A stretch of DNA of 64,000 bases from Flavobacteriales bacterium. Its GTDB lineage: Bacteria; Bacteroidota; Bacteroidia; Flavobacteriales_F; PHOS-HE28. Each line of letters opens with the position of its first letter. The stretch's first letter is position 1. Of the stretch, positions 1-8,587 are shown one piece after another. The position numbers and the translations under genes are program-made. Under the pieces are notes generated by a model. That model was not told the origin of the DNA. It was given only the letters and a program-made list of their open reading frames with translations, and did not search any database. The DNA lies in assembly GCA_016788485.1 (NCBI GenBank), contig JAEUSV010000031.1, forward strand, positions 20,578 to 84,577, written 5' to 3'.

Positions 1-2
1 AC

Positions 3-365
3 CCCATGCGGCTGCAGCTCATGCACTACCTCATCGGGCTGGCCAACGCCGATGGGCGGGTGGACCGCGCCGAGGAGGAGATGATCCACCGCATCGCCTC
101 GTACATCGGGGTGAACGAGAAGGACCTGGGCAGCATGCACGCCATGTTCCGCAGGCCCGCGCCCAGCACGGCCTACCAGATCCTGGAGGTGGAGCCCTCC
201 GCCACCGACGAGGAGGTGAAGAAGGCCTACCGCCGCATGGTGATGAAGCACCACCCCGACAAGGTGGTGAACCTGGGCGAGGACTTCCAGAAGGCCGCGG
301 CGGAGAAGTTCCGCAAGGTGCAGGAGGCCTACGAGCGCATCTGCAAGGAGCGCGGCATCGCCTAG
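3..365 (+). CDS. TerB-like + J-domain co-chaperone (DjlA-like), 5'-truncated by window edge
   Basis: LANADGRV..EE TerB-like motif followed by a J-domain (AYQILEV...KKAYRRMVMKHHPDK with HPD). Confidence 0.85.
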   Translation, partial: PMRLQLMHYLIGLANADGRVDRAEEEMIHRIASYIGVNEKDLGSMHAMFRRPAPSTAYQILEVEPSATDEEVKKAYRRMVMKHHPDKVVNLGEDFQKAAAEKFRKVQEAYERICKERGIA

Positions 366-775
366 GCCAGTGCGGAGGTGATCCGCAGCGGGTTCGTGAG
401 CGTGCGGTGCACCGGGCACATGTTGGCGATCTGCAGCACACGCTGCCGCTGCTCGTCCGTGAGGTCGCCGTCCACGTGCACGGCCAGGTGGAAGCTGGTG
501 TCCACCGCGCCGCCATCGGCCTTGCGGTCCATGGTGCAGGTCACCGTCACCTTGCGCACGGGCAGCTGCTTGCGGTCCACGTACATGCGCACGGTGATGG
601 CGGTGCAGGCCGCGAGGGAGGTGCACAGCAGCTCGTGCGGCTTGGGCCCGAGGTCCTGGCCGCCCTGCTCCACGGGCTCGTCGAGGCGCAGGCCATGGTG
701 GCGGATGGCGACGTGGGTCTCGTACGGCGCGCCTTCGAGCGTGGCGGAAACGGCGAGGTGGGTCTCCTTGGTCAT
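362..775 (-). CDS. OsmC family protein
   Basis: DEPVEQGGQDLGPKPHELL..SLAACTAIT.RMY and C-terminal CPVHRTL; ATG at 775 chosen. Confidence 0.9.
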   Translation of the reverse strand: MTKETHLAVSATLEGAPYETHVAIRHHGLRLDEPVEQGGQDLGPKPHELLCTSLAACTAITVRMYVDRKQLPVRKVTVTCTMDRKADGGAVDTSFHLAVHVDGDLTDEQRQRVLQIANMCPVHRTLTNPLRITSALA

Positions 776-810
776 GCCGCGAAGTTGGCACGCCGGGCCC
801 ATCACCGCGT

Positions 811-1566
811 TCACCAGCCGGTGACGAGCAGCCGGCGTGCCGCGTTGAGGCCGCACTTCTGCCAGGTGTGGTACGCGCTTGCGGCGGCCTCGCGCACGGC
901 GGCATCATCGCCCTTCGCCAGCCAGGTGTTCAGCGCGGCCTCCAGCGTGTAGGCCTCCGGGGCCATGAGCCCGGTGGTCCAGAGCAGGGGCGAGGCACCC
1001 GTGGCGCGCACAGGCTCGCGGAAGTAACGCTGGCTGATGCAGGCCAGGATGATGGTGCGGCGCAACGCGCTGTCGGCCGGCGCCTTGACCGGCGGTGCCG
1101 CGAAGTCCATGAGCCCGTCGTGCCCCACGTAGGCGTGCACATCGGCGCCGCCGCCGAGGGCATGGTCGGCGCGGCCATCGTTCACGGTGAGCGGGGCGTG
1201 GCCGCCGGCCTGGTCGAGGAAGGCGCCGGTGGCCTCCGCGATGTACCGGCCGTCCCACGCATCGGCCACCAGCACGGCCCCGGTGGCCCGGTGGCGCCAC
1301 ACGCAGCGTTCGAGCACATGGGCCGGCGCGGTGGTGGGCACCTTCACGCGCTCCCAGGCCTTCGAGCGGTCGAACCAGGTGCGCACGCCGTAGGCCGCGC
1401 CCCAGTACAGGTTGCGGTCCTTGTCCTGCCCGTTGCCAAGAGCGGCGGGCACCGGCACGATGCCCTGGTGCACGTTGTCGCACAACGCCACGGTAACGTG
1501 GATGGTGGGTGGCTGGGAGCGGGCGAGGCCGGCGGCCAGCAGGGCGGGAAGCAGCAGGGGGCGCAT
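811..1566 (-). CDS. Secreted hypothetical protein, possible clan CD-like His/Cys hydrolase
   Basis: Signal peptide; globular composition; YVGHDG...IILACIS; TTACTTCG -7-like site upstream. Confidence 0.7.
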   Translation of the reverse strand: MRPLLLPALLAAGLARSQPPTIHVTVALCDNVHQGIVPVPAALGNGQDKDRNLYWGAAYGVRTWFDRSKAWERVKVPTTAPAHVLERCVWRHRATGAVLVADAWDGRYIAEATGAFLDQAGGHAPLTVNDGRADHALGGGADVHAYVGHDGLMDFAAPPVKAPADSALRRTIILACISQRYFREPVRATGASPLLWTTGLMAPEAYTLEAALNTWLAKGDDAAVREAAASAYHTWQKCGLNAARRLLVTGW

Positions 1567-1601
1567 GGGGGTTGGAATGCGCGTGGCCCTTCGAAGTAAC
1601 G

Positions 1602-3605
1602 TCAGTCCTGCTCGGCCTCCGGCGCAACTGGCTTGGCGGGCAGGGCGCGCTTCAGGGGCAGCTCTCGGGCGGCCTGCAGCACCAGCGGAACCTGCTCCAC
1701 GAGCGTCACGTTCGGATCGAGGCCGAAGGCATCGCGGTCGCTCAGGGCCAGCGTCTTCAGCGCGAAGTAGGCGTCGAGGATCAGGTCATCGCGCAGGGTG
1801 AACTCGTTCTCCACGCTCAGGAAGCGCTCCATCAGCACGTAGCAGATGTCGGTGTGGAAGTCGCCCTTGTGGATGGACTCGTACTTGCTCTTGAACTCGA
1901 GCTCGTGGGTGGCGTCCATCTCCTCGAGCACCTGGCGGAACAGCTTGTTGATGCGCGGCTGAACGCGGAAGCCGAGGTCGAAGTCCACGCGGATCACCTT
2001 GTCGTCCACCAGCTCCATCACGCGGTACTGCATGGTGTAGGGCTCGTCGGTGTAGTTCACGTGGAGGAACCAGTAGATGTCGGCCCGTTTCACCTTGCGC
2101 GCCAGGATGGAGTCGATCACCTGCTTCTCCACGTTGATGGGGCGGTCGGCCTTGGTGAGGTAGACCAGGTGGGTGGCGTACTTGGTGACGTCCCTGTCGT
2201 TGCTGAGGTCCTTGAGCTTGTGCGCGTAATCGGGCAGGTGGGCGAACTCGATGAAGCGGTTGGTGATCTTGCGGGCGCGGAACCAGATGTACATCACGCC
2301 CAGCAGCGCGAGCACGAAGAGGATCAGCCAGGGCAGGCGGATCACCTTCACCACATTGGCCACGAAATTGGCCAGCTCCAGGCTGAAGAAGATGAACATC
2401 ATGGCGAACACGATCACGCGCGGCCAGCGTCGCACGTAGCTCAGGTAGCCGAACATGAGGGTGGTGGTCATGAGCATGGCCACCACGATGAAGAAGCCGT
2501 AGGCCGCCTCCATGGCGCCGCTCTCGCGGAAGTAGAGCATCACGGCCACGCAGCCGCTGAAGAGCAGCCAGTTCACACTGGGGATGTAGATCTGCCCGCG
2601 GATGTCGGTGGGGAACTTCACCCGCACGCGGGGCCAGAAGTTCAGCGTGATGGCCTCGTTGATCAGCGTGAACGAGCCGCTGATCACCGCCTGGCAGGCC
2701 ACGATGGCGGCGATGGTGGCCACGCCCACGCCCACGAGCAGGAACCACTGCGGCATGGCCTCATAGAAGGGGTTGCGGCCTTCGAGCAGGTGGCCTTCCT
2801 GCTGCATCAACCAGGCACCCTGACCGGCGTAATTGAGCACCAGGGCGGTCTTCACGAAGATCCAGCCGAGCTGCACGTTGCGCCTGCCCACATGGCCCAG
2901 GTCGTTGTACAGGCCCTCGGCACCGGTGGTGCACAGGAACACCGCGCCCAGCAGCCAGAAGCCGCCGGGATACACCGTGAGCAATTCGAACGCGTAGTGG
3001 GGGCTGAGGGCCATGAGGATGGCCGGATACTTCGAGATCTGGTAGATGCCGATCACCAGCAGCATGCTGAACCAGGTGAGCATGATGGGACCGAAGGCGG
3101 TGCCCACGATCTTGGTGCCGAAGCGCTGGAAGAAGAACAGCCCGGCGATGATGGCGATGACGATGGTGACGGTGAGGTTGTTCCCGGCCACGATGATGCC
3201 CTCGAAGGCCTTCACGCCCCCGAGACCCTCCACGGCCGAAGCGACGGAAATCGGCGGTGTCAGGATGCCGTCGGCCAGCAGCGAGGCCGCACCGATGATG
3301 GCCGGCAGGTAGACCCACTTGCCGTAGCGGCGCACCAGGGTGTACAGCGAGAACACGCCGCCTTCACCGCGGTTGTCGGCCTGCAGCGTGATCAGGATGT
3401 ACTTGAAGGTGGTCTGCAGCGTGAGCGTCCAGAAGACGCAGCTCACCCCGCCGAACACGAGCATGCGGTCGATCGGGTGCTCGCCCACGATGGCCTTGAA
3501 CACGTAGAGCGGCGAGGTGCCGATGTCGCCGTAGATGATGCCCAGTGCGACGAGAAGCGTCCCTACGGTCACCTTGCTCAGGTGGCCATGCCCCGAATTA
3601 CCCAT
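1602..3605 (-). CDS. kup: KUP/HAK/KT family potassium transporter
   Basis: ALGIIYGDIGTSPLYV, ADNRGEGG, FLCTTGAE, GQIYIP motifs; about 12 TM segments. Confidence 0.95.
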   Translation of the reverse strand: MGNSGHGHLSKVTVGTLLVALGIIYGDIGTSPLYVFKAIVGEHPIDRMLVFGGVSCVFWTLTLQTTFKYILITLQADNRGEGGVFSLYTLVRRYGKWVYLPAIIGAASLLADGILTPPISVASAVEGLGGVKAFEGIIVAGNNLTVTIVIAIIAGLFFFQRFGTKIVGTAFGPIMLTWFSMLLVIGIYQISKYPAILMALSPHYAFELLTVYPGGFWLLGAVFLCTTGAEGLYNDLGHVGRRNVQLGWIFVKTALVLNYAGQGAWLMQQEGHLLEGRNPFYEAMPQWFLLVGVGVATIAAIVACQAVISGSFTLINEAITLNFWPRVRVKFPTDIRGQIYIPSVNWLLFSGCVAVMLYFRESGAMEAAYGFFIVVAMLMTTTLMFGYLSYVRRWPRVIVFAMMFIFFSLELANFVANVVKVIRLPWLILFVLALLGVMYIWFRARKITNRFIEFAHLPDYAHKLKDLSNDRDVTKYATHLVYLTKADRPINVEKQVIDSILARKVKRADIYWFLHVNYTDEPYTMQYRVMELVDDKVIRVDFDLGFRVQPRINKLFRQVLEEMDATHELEFKSKYESIHKGDFHTDICYVLMERFLSVENEFTLRDDLILDAYFALKTLALSDRDAFGLDPNVTLVEQVPLVLQAARELPLKRALPAKPVAPEAEQD

Positions 3606-3720
3606 GGATGATCGGCATTGGCCGTGGCGGGCGGATGAGCTGCACGCGCGTTCGTCCCTCAAGGGGCGAGCGGGTCGATCTGGACCGGTGCTGAGCGGAG
3701 GCCACGGCGTAAAAGCGGGA

Positions 3721-3728
3721 CGAAAGTA
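3721..3728 (-). promoter_or_regulatory. Bacteroidota -7 promoter element for kup (TACTTTCG)
   Basis: Near match to TAnnTTTG about 115 nt upstream of the ATG. Confidence 0.55.
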
Positions 3729-3780
3729 GGTGGTGGCCCCGTGCGCCACACGGTCCGTCCCCGGATTTTCCACCATCGGC

Positions 3781-4428
3781 TCAGGGGCCGAGCGGACGGT
3801 GCTCCAGCCAGCGCGCCAGCATCGCATCGTCCAGCAGCTTGCCGATGTATCGGTAGCGCGAATCGGCCAGGGGGTTCCGGCCCCGGAGCGGTTCGGCCAT
3901 CACGCCCACCTCGCGCTGGTAGTAGTTGCTGTGCACGAAGAGGGCTTCGCCGCTCTTCACCCGGATGAACCCGACGTGGTTATCGAGGCCTACGGCATAG
4001 AGCCCGTCGCCCTGCTGCCGCAGCCAGGCCTCCACCTCGTCCACGGGACGGTCGCTGAAGGCCTTACCGGCGGGCGCCACCTTGCGGATCATGGGTTCCG
4101 CGGCCAGCTGGGCCCACTTGTAGCGGGGCAGGTCGAAGCCCGCGTCCTGCAGCACCGTGGTCACGAAGTAGCCGCAGGCGATGGTGCCCTCGCGGGGCAC
4201 ACGCGTGGTGCCGTTGAAGTCCCAGGGCGTGCCCTTCCAGTGCTCGAACTGGGCGTCGATGGCGGTGAGCAGGTAGGCACGGGCCTTTGCGATCACGGTG
4301 TCCTTGCGGGTGGAACGCGCGTAGTGCTCGCCCAGCTGGGTGCGCTGGTGCACGATGGCCGCCTTGAGGGCGGTGTAGCCGCTGTCGGGCGCCGGGGCGA
4401 GCAGGGGAAGCAGGAGGAGGAGACGCAT
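3781..4428 (-). CDS. Secreted protein with NlpC/P60-like papain motifs
   Basis: Signal-like start MRLLLLLPLL; WKGTPWDFNG...IACGYFVTTVL...NHVGF...FVHS. Confidence 0.65.
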   Translation of the reverse strand: MRLLLLLPLLAPAPDSGYTALKAAIVHQRTQLGEHYARSTRKDTVIAKARAYLLTAIDAQFEHWKGTPWDFNGTTRVPREGTIACGYFVTTVLQDAGFDLPRYKWAQLAAEPMIRKVAPAGKAFSDRPVDEVEAWLRQQGDGLYAVGLDNHVGFIRVKSGEALFVHSNYYQREVGVMAEPLRGRNPLADSRYRYIGKLLDDAMLARWLEHRPLGP

Positions 4429-4462
4429 GCCCGCTGAATGCGCGGTGCACCGCCGGGTAACA

Positions 4463-4816
4463 TCATTGTACCACGGACCAGCGGTAGGCGGCGATCGCCG
4501 ACCACAACAACCCAGGCAGGAGGGCCACGCCCATGGAGAGCAGGGTGCCGCCCCAGAACAGGAGCCTCCGCCAGTGCGCCGGCGAAATGCGCAGCACCTC
4601 CAGCACCCAACCCGTCGTGTAGCCCACGTTGCAGGCGAAGCCGAAGAACAGTATGGCAAGGGGCTCCACCACGTCCTCGCCGGGCGGTACATGGGCGAAG
4701 CGCTCCACGAGCAGCAGGCTGCTGATGCCGGCAAGGAACACCAGCCCATTGTAGAGGAAGCGTCGCAGCTCCCACCAGCCGATGGTACCAAGGGTGCGCC
4801 CGAAATGTTCGCTCAT
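4463..4816 (-). CDS. Small membrane protein (3 TM), hypothetical
   Basis: WWELRRFLYN followed by three hydrophobic segments. Confidence 0.65.
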   Translation of the reverse strand: MSEHFGRTLGTIGWWELRRFLYNGLVFLAGISSLLLVERFAHVPPGEDVVEPLAILFFGFACNVGYTTGWVLEVLRISPAHWRRLLFWGGTLLSMGVALLPGLLWSAIAAYRWSVVQ

Positions 4817-4849
4817 GTGCGCACCATCAACGCATGGAACGGCCGTATA

Positions 4850-4885
4850 GCATGAGCCCCCGGTGTTCCGACCGGGGGCTCATGC
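4850..4885 (-). terminator. Hairpin downstream of lolA
   Basis: Perfect 15-bp inverted repeat GCATGAGCCCCCGGT/ACCGGGGGCTCATGC with a 6-nt loop; weak U-tail. Confidence 0.6.
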
Positions 4886-4901
4886 GTTCCAGCGGGGGCG
4901 A

Positions 4902-5552
4902 TCAGCGCATGTCGTTGATCTCCACGCCGGGGAACTTGGCCTTGTCGAACACGAAGTTGCTCTCGGCCAGCTCCGGGTTGCCCACGAAGCGCTTCAGGGT
5001 GTAGGTGACCACGTTGCCGTCCTTGTAGAGCACCTGGGCGGTGCGCAGCTCCACCTTGTTCTTGTCGATGCCGAGGATCACGGTGTGGTAGGGCTTCTTC
5101 GCCGGGTCGATGGGGAAGAGCTTCACGGTCTGCACCACCGCGCCGGTGGCGTCGGCCTTCTCCTCCACGAACTGGCTCTTGAAGCCCTTTTCGTACACGG
5201 TGAGCAGCTTGCTGGGGTCGAGCTCCTGGTCCATCTCGGCCGGGTCGTTCACCTGCACCTCGTTGCTCTTCTTGCTGTAGGCCCACAGCGCGGTGCCATC
5301 GTTGATCACGGTGTTGTCCGGCAGGGTCAGGCGGAAGCGCTTGCCCTTCACCTTCACGTTGCCCTCCTGCTTCACATCGAGCTTGCTGGCCGTGTTCACC
5401 AGGCGGCTGCTGAAATCGGCCTCGAAGCTGGTGTAGCTCTTGTTCTTGGCGATCAGCCGGTCCATGATGGCCTTGCTCTTGGGGTCGTCCTGCGCGTGCA
5501 GGGTGGTGGTGAGCAGCAGGCCGGTGGCCAGGAGGGAAAGCAGGGTTCTCAT
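4902..5552 (-). CDS. lolA: Outer-membrane lipoprotein carrier protein LolA
   Basis: Signal peptide; G.VKVKGKRFRL...INDGTALWAY..KSNEVQV, typical of Bacteroidota LolA. Confidence 0.85.
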   Translation of the reverse strand: MRTLLSLLATGLLLTTTLHAQDDPKSKAIMDRLIAKNKSYTSFEADFSSRLVNTASKLDVKQEGNVKVKGKRFRLTLPDNTVINDGTALWAYSKKSNEVQVNDPAEMDQELDPSKLLTVYEKGFKSQFVEEKADATGAVVQTVKLFPIDPAKKPYHTVILGIDKNKVELRTAQVLYKDGNVVTYTLKRFVGNPELAESNFVFDKAKFPGVEINDMR

Positions 5553-5558
5553 CGGTGG

Positions 5559-5566
5559 CAAAGGTA
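5559..5566 (-). promoter_or_regulatory. -7 promoter element TACCTTTG, 6 nt before lolA ATG
   Basis: Exact TAnnTTTG match. Confidence 0.65.
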
Positions 5567-5612
5567 ATCCCGCCCCGCACAGGCAAGGGGCGTGCCAGAA
5601 CCGGGCGAGGAC

Positions 5613-6092
5613 CTATTTCGGCAGCTCCTGGCGCAGCATGGTGCCCACGCACTTGGGCGAGCCGCAGTGGCAGGCCCATTTCTCACGCTCGGCCTTGGTG
5701 AGCTTGCGCTTGATCACGATGCCGTAGTCGTAGATGATCTCCTCGCCCGGCTTGATCGAGCGCGTGGCCTCGATGATCACGCGGTCCTTGCTGCGGTCCT
5801 TGCCGGGGTGCTCGTGCACCAGGGCCTCGGCGTTCACGTCGCAGCCGGTGTTGATCCAGCGGGCGATGTTGCCCTGGCGGTTGCCGTCGATGACGTAGTC
5901 GTCGTTGAGGATGAACAGGAAGGTGTGCCCGGTCTCGGGCCCTTCGTAGCGCTTGTCGGCCTCGGAATGGGGGATCAGCCTGCCCTTGTACTCCACGATG
6001 CGTTCGCCCTTGCGGATGGGGGCGATGGCGAAGACGCCGTTGCCGTGGATCTTGGAACGGCGGCGCTTGATCTTGTGCTCGGCGAAGGCCAT
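5613..6092 (-). CDS. SET-domain protein-lysine methyltransferase with post-SET Zn motif
   Basis: SKIHGNGVFA, VEYKG, GNIARWINTGC, IKPGEEIIYDY, CHCGSPKCVG. Confidence 0.92.
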   Translation of the reverse strand: MAFAEHKIKRRRSKIHGNGVFAIAPIRKGERIVEYKGRLIPHSEADKRYEGPETGHTFLFILNDDYVIDGNRQGNIARWINTGCDVNAEALVHEHPGKDRSKDRVIIEATRSIKPGEEIIYDYGIVIKRKLTKAEREKWACHCGSPKCVGTMLRQELPK

Positions 6093-6151
6093 GGGGTGGG
6101 GAAAGGGGCCGCAAAGAAAGGCAGCGGCGGCGATCGGGCTTGAAGGAGCGC

Positions 6152-7573
6152 TCAGAAGTAGGCGCTCACCACCACCACGGAGGTGATCACGCAGATCAGG
6201 TCCACCAGCAGCATCACGCCCAGCGCATAGCGGCTGTTCTTCACGCTCACGCTGCCGAAGTAGAGCGCCACCACATAGAAGGTGGTCTCGGCGGCACCTT
6301 GGAAGAGGCACACCAACCGCCCGGTGAGGCTGTCGGCGCCGTAGGTGTGCATGGCATCGAGGAGGAAGCCGCGCGCGCCTCCCGCGCTGAACGGACGCAT
6401 GAGCGCGACCGGCATGGCGTCGATCACCTCCTTGCTCACCCCGGCCAGGGCCAGGCCACGGGAAAGCCCCTCCATCACGATGTCCATCAAGCCGCTGTTG
6501 CGGAAGATGCTGAGGGCGGCCAGCATGGCGATCATGTAGGGCAGCACCCGCAGCCCCGTGGTGAAGCCGTCCTTCGCCCCGTGGATGAAACTGTCGAACA
6601 GGTTGGTGCCCTTCTCCGTGAAGTACTTCTCCTTGAGGAGCGCGTAGCCCACGATCACCGCGATGATCAGCAACAGCATGCCGTTGCTGAGGTTGTCCGT
6701 GAAATGCGACTTGCCCAGGCCGGAGAGGGAGGTGAGGTAGGCCATGAGGCCGGCGATGGTACCACCGATGCCCACCACGAAAAGGACCACGGGCAGCTTG
6801 AACAGGTTGATCCGCTGCCGGAAGGCGACGAGCACCATGGCCGAGAGCGTGCCCACGAAGGAGGTGATGATGAGCGGCACCATGATGTCCGCCGGGTTCG
6901 CCGCGCCCATCGCCGCGCGGTACCCGATGATGCTGGCCGGCAGCAGCGTGAGGCCCGCCGCGTGCAGGCACAGGAACATGATCTGGCTGTTGGTGGCGGT
7001 GTCCTTCGTCGGGTTGTCCGCCTGCATGCTCTCCATGGCCTTCAGCCCGAAGGGGGTGGCCGCGCTGTCGAGCCCCAGGAAGTTGGCCGCGAAGTTCAGG
7101 GTCATGAAGCCGTAGGCCGGGTGGTCCTTGCGCAGGTCGGGGAAGATGCGGTGGAAGATGGGGGCGAGGAAGCGCGCGAGCTTCTCCATGGCCTTTGCGT
7201 CCACCAGCAGGTTCAACAGGCCGCAGAAGAAGGTGAGGTAGCCGATCAGGGGCAGCCAGAGGTCGGTCACCGTGTCCTTGCAAACAGGGAAGAGGCCATC
7301 GGCGCGCACGGTGCCCGAGGTCACCTTCACCGTTCCACTGCTGGTGAGGGTGTAGGTCGAGTCGCCCGCCACCACCGGCGCCCCGGTGCGCAGGGCGGGC
7401 AGGAGCGCAGCGAGCCGGAGGTCCGCGCTGTCAAGCTCGTTCACCGTCAGCGCCTCGCCCTGTTGCCCGTTCACCAGGGTCCCCAGGGAATACTGCCGAC
7501 CGGTGGCCAGCAGGATCAGGATGTAGCCGATGCTCAACAGGAGCATCCAGGACCAGAAGCGGCTCAACGCCAT
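6152..7573 (-). CDS. SpmA/SpmB fusion (nucleoside-recognition Gate domain) membrane protein
   Basis: NFAANFLGLDSAATPFGLKAM, LMRPFSAGGARG, ETTFYVVALYFGSV. Confidence 0.9.
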   Translation of the reverse strand: MALSRFWSWMLLLSIGYILILLATGRQYSLGTLVNGQQGEALTVNELDSADLRLAALLPALRTGAPVVAGDSTYTLTSSGTVKVTSGTVRADGLFPVCKDTVTDLWLPLIGYLTFFCGLLNLLVDAKAMEKLARFLAPIFHRIFPDLRKDHPAYGFMTLNFAANFLGLDSAATPFGLKAMESMQADNPTKDTATNSQIMFLCLHAAGLTLLPASIIGYRAAMGAANPADIMVPLIITSFVGTLSAMVLVAFRQRINLFKLPVVLFVVGIGGTIAGLMAYLTSLSGLGKSHFTDNLSNGMLLLIIAVIVGYALLKEKYFTEKGTNLFDSFIHGAKDGFTTGLRVLPYMIAMLAALSIFRNSGLMDIVMEGLSRGLALAGVSKEVIDAMPVALMRPFSAGGARGFLLDAMHTYGADSLTGRLVCLFQGAAETTFYVVALYFGSVSVKNSRYALGVMLLVDLICVITSVVVVSAYF

Positions 7574-7683
7574 GAAGGCGAAGATCCGGACACCCACCGG
7601 TCGCACACCCTCGCGCGGGGCGCCTTCGTGAACACCGCCGTGTGGATGGGCGCGCGTAGCTTCGTGGCTCCAACGCCATCGCC

Positions 7684-8583
7684 ATGAACCGCTCGACCCT
7701 TGTGCTCTCCACCCTCGGCCTGCTCTTCCTGCTCGGCACCTCGTGCGTGAGCAAGAAGAAGTACACCTCGCTCAGCCTGTCGAACGAGACCCTGCGCAAC
7801 AAGCTCGACGAGGCGAACCGCGCGCTCGATGCCTGCAAGGGTGACAAGTCGCTGCTGGAGTCGCAGATGGCGGTGATGGAGAACAGCAACCAGCACCTGA
7901 AGGACAAGGTGACCGAGCTCAGCAACACCAACGCGGTGCTGCTCGCCAACGTGGGCCAGATGGCCACCCTCAGCAAGCAGGAAGCCGTGAACCTGGAGAA
8001 GTCGCTCGAGCAGATCCGCGAGCAGGACATGCGCATCCACCGACTGCAGGACGCCCTCACCAAGAAGGACAGCGTGACGTTGGCGCTGGTGGTGAGCCTG
8101 AAGAGCTCGCTGGGCAACCTCAACGACACCGATGTGACGGTGAACGTGGAGAAGAGCGTGGTCTTCATCAGCCTCAGCGACAAGATGCTCTTCAAGAGCG
8201 GCAGCACCGAGCTCTCCCCGCGCGCCAAGGAGGTGCTGGGCAAGGTGGCCACGGTGCTCAACGACAAGCCCGACATGGAGGTGCTGGTGGAGGGCCACAC
8301 GGACAACGTGCCCATCAGCCGCGACTGCATCAAGGACAACTGGGACCTGAGCACCTCCCGCGCCACCACCATCACGCGCGTGCTGCAGAGCGAGTACAAG
8401 GTGGACCCCGCCCGCATCACCGCCGGTGGACGCAGCGAGTACGTGCCCCTCATGACCAACGACACCCCCGAGGGCCGCTCCACCAACCGCCGCATCCGCA
8501 TCGTGATCCTGCCCAAGCTCGATCAGTTCTTCGGCATGATCGAGGACGGCCTGAAGCAGGCCGAGCAGATGGAGAACAAGTAG
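7684..8583 (+). CDS. OmpA/MotB-like peptidoglycan-binding lipoprotein with coiled coil
   Basis: Lipobox TSC; LFKSGS, VEGHTDNVP, NWDLSTSRA, NRRIRIVI. Confidence 0.9.
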   Translation: MNRSTLVLSTLGLLFLLGTSCVSKKKYTSLSLSNETLRNKLDEANRALDACKGDKSLLESQMAVMENSNQHLKDKVTELSNTNAVLLANVGQMATLSKQEAVNLEKSLEQIREQDMRIHRLQDALTKKDSVTLALVVSLKSSLGNLNDTDVTVNVEKSVVFISLSDKMLFKSGSTELSPRAKEVLGKVATVLNDKPDMEVLVEGHTDNVPISRDCIKDNWDLSTSRATTITRVLQSEYKVDPARITAGGRSEYVPLMTNDTPEGRSTNRRIRIVILPKLDQFFGMIEDGLKQAEQMENK

Positions 8584-8587
8584 GGGG

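Noticed and set aside
1509-3611. 700-aa + strand ORF antisense to kup; likewise 11548-14937 (+), 32472-33857 (-), 53117-54739 (+), 58715-60646 (-) and others
   Set aside because: Shadow ORFs from high GC3 codon bias; each mirrors a well-supported gene and has no motifs.
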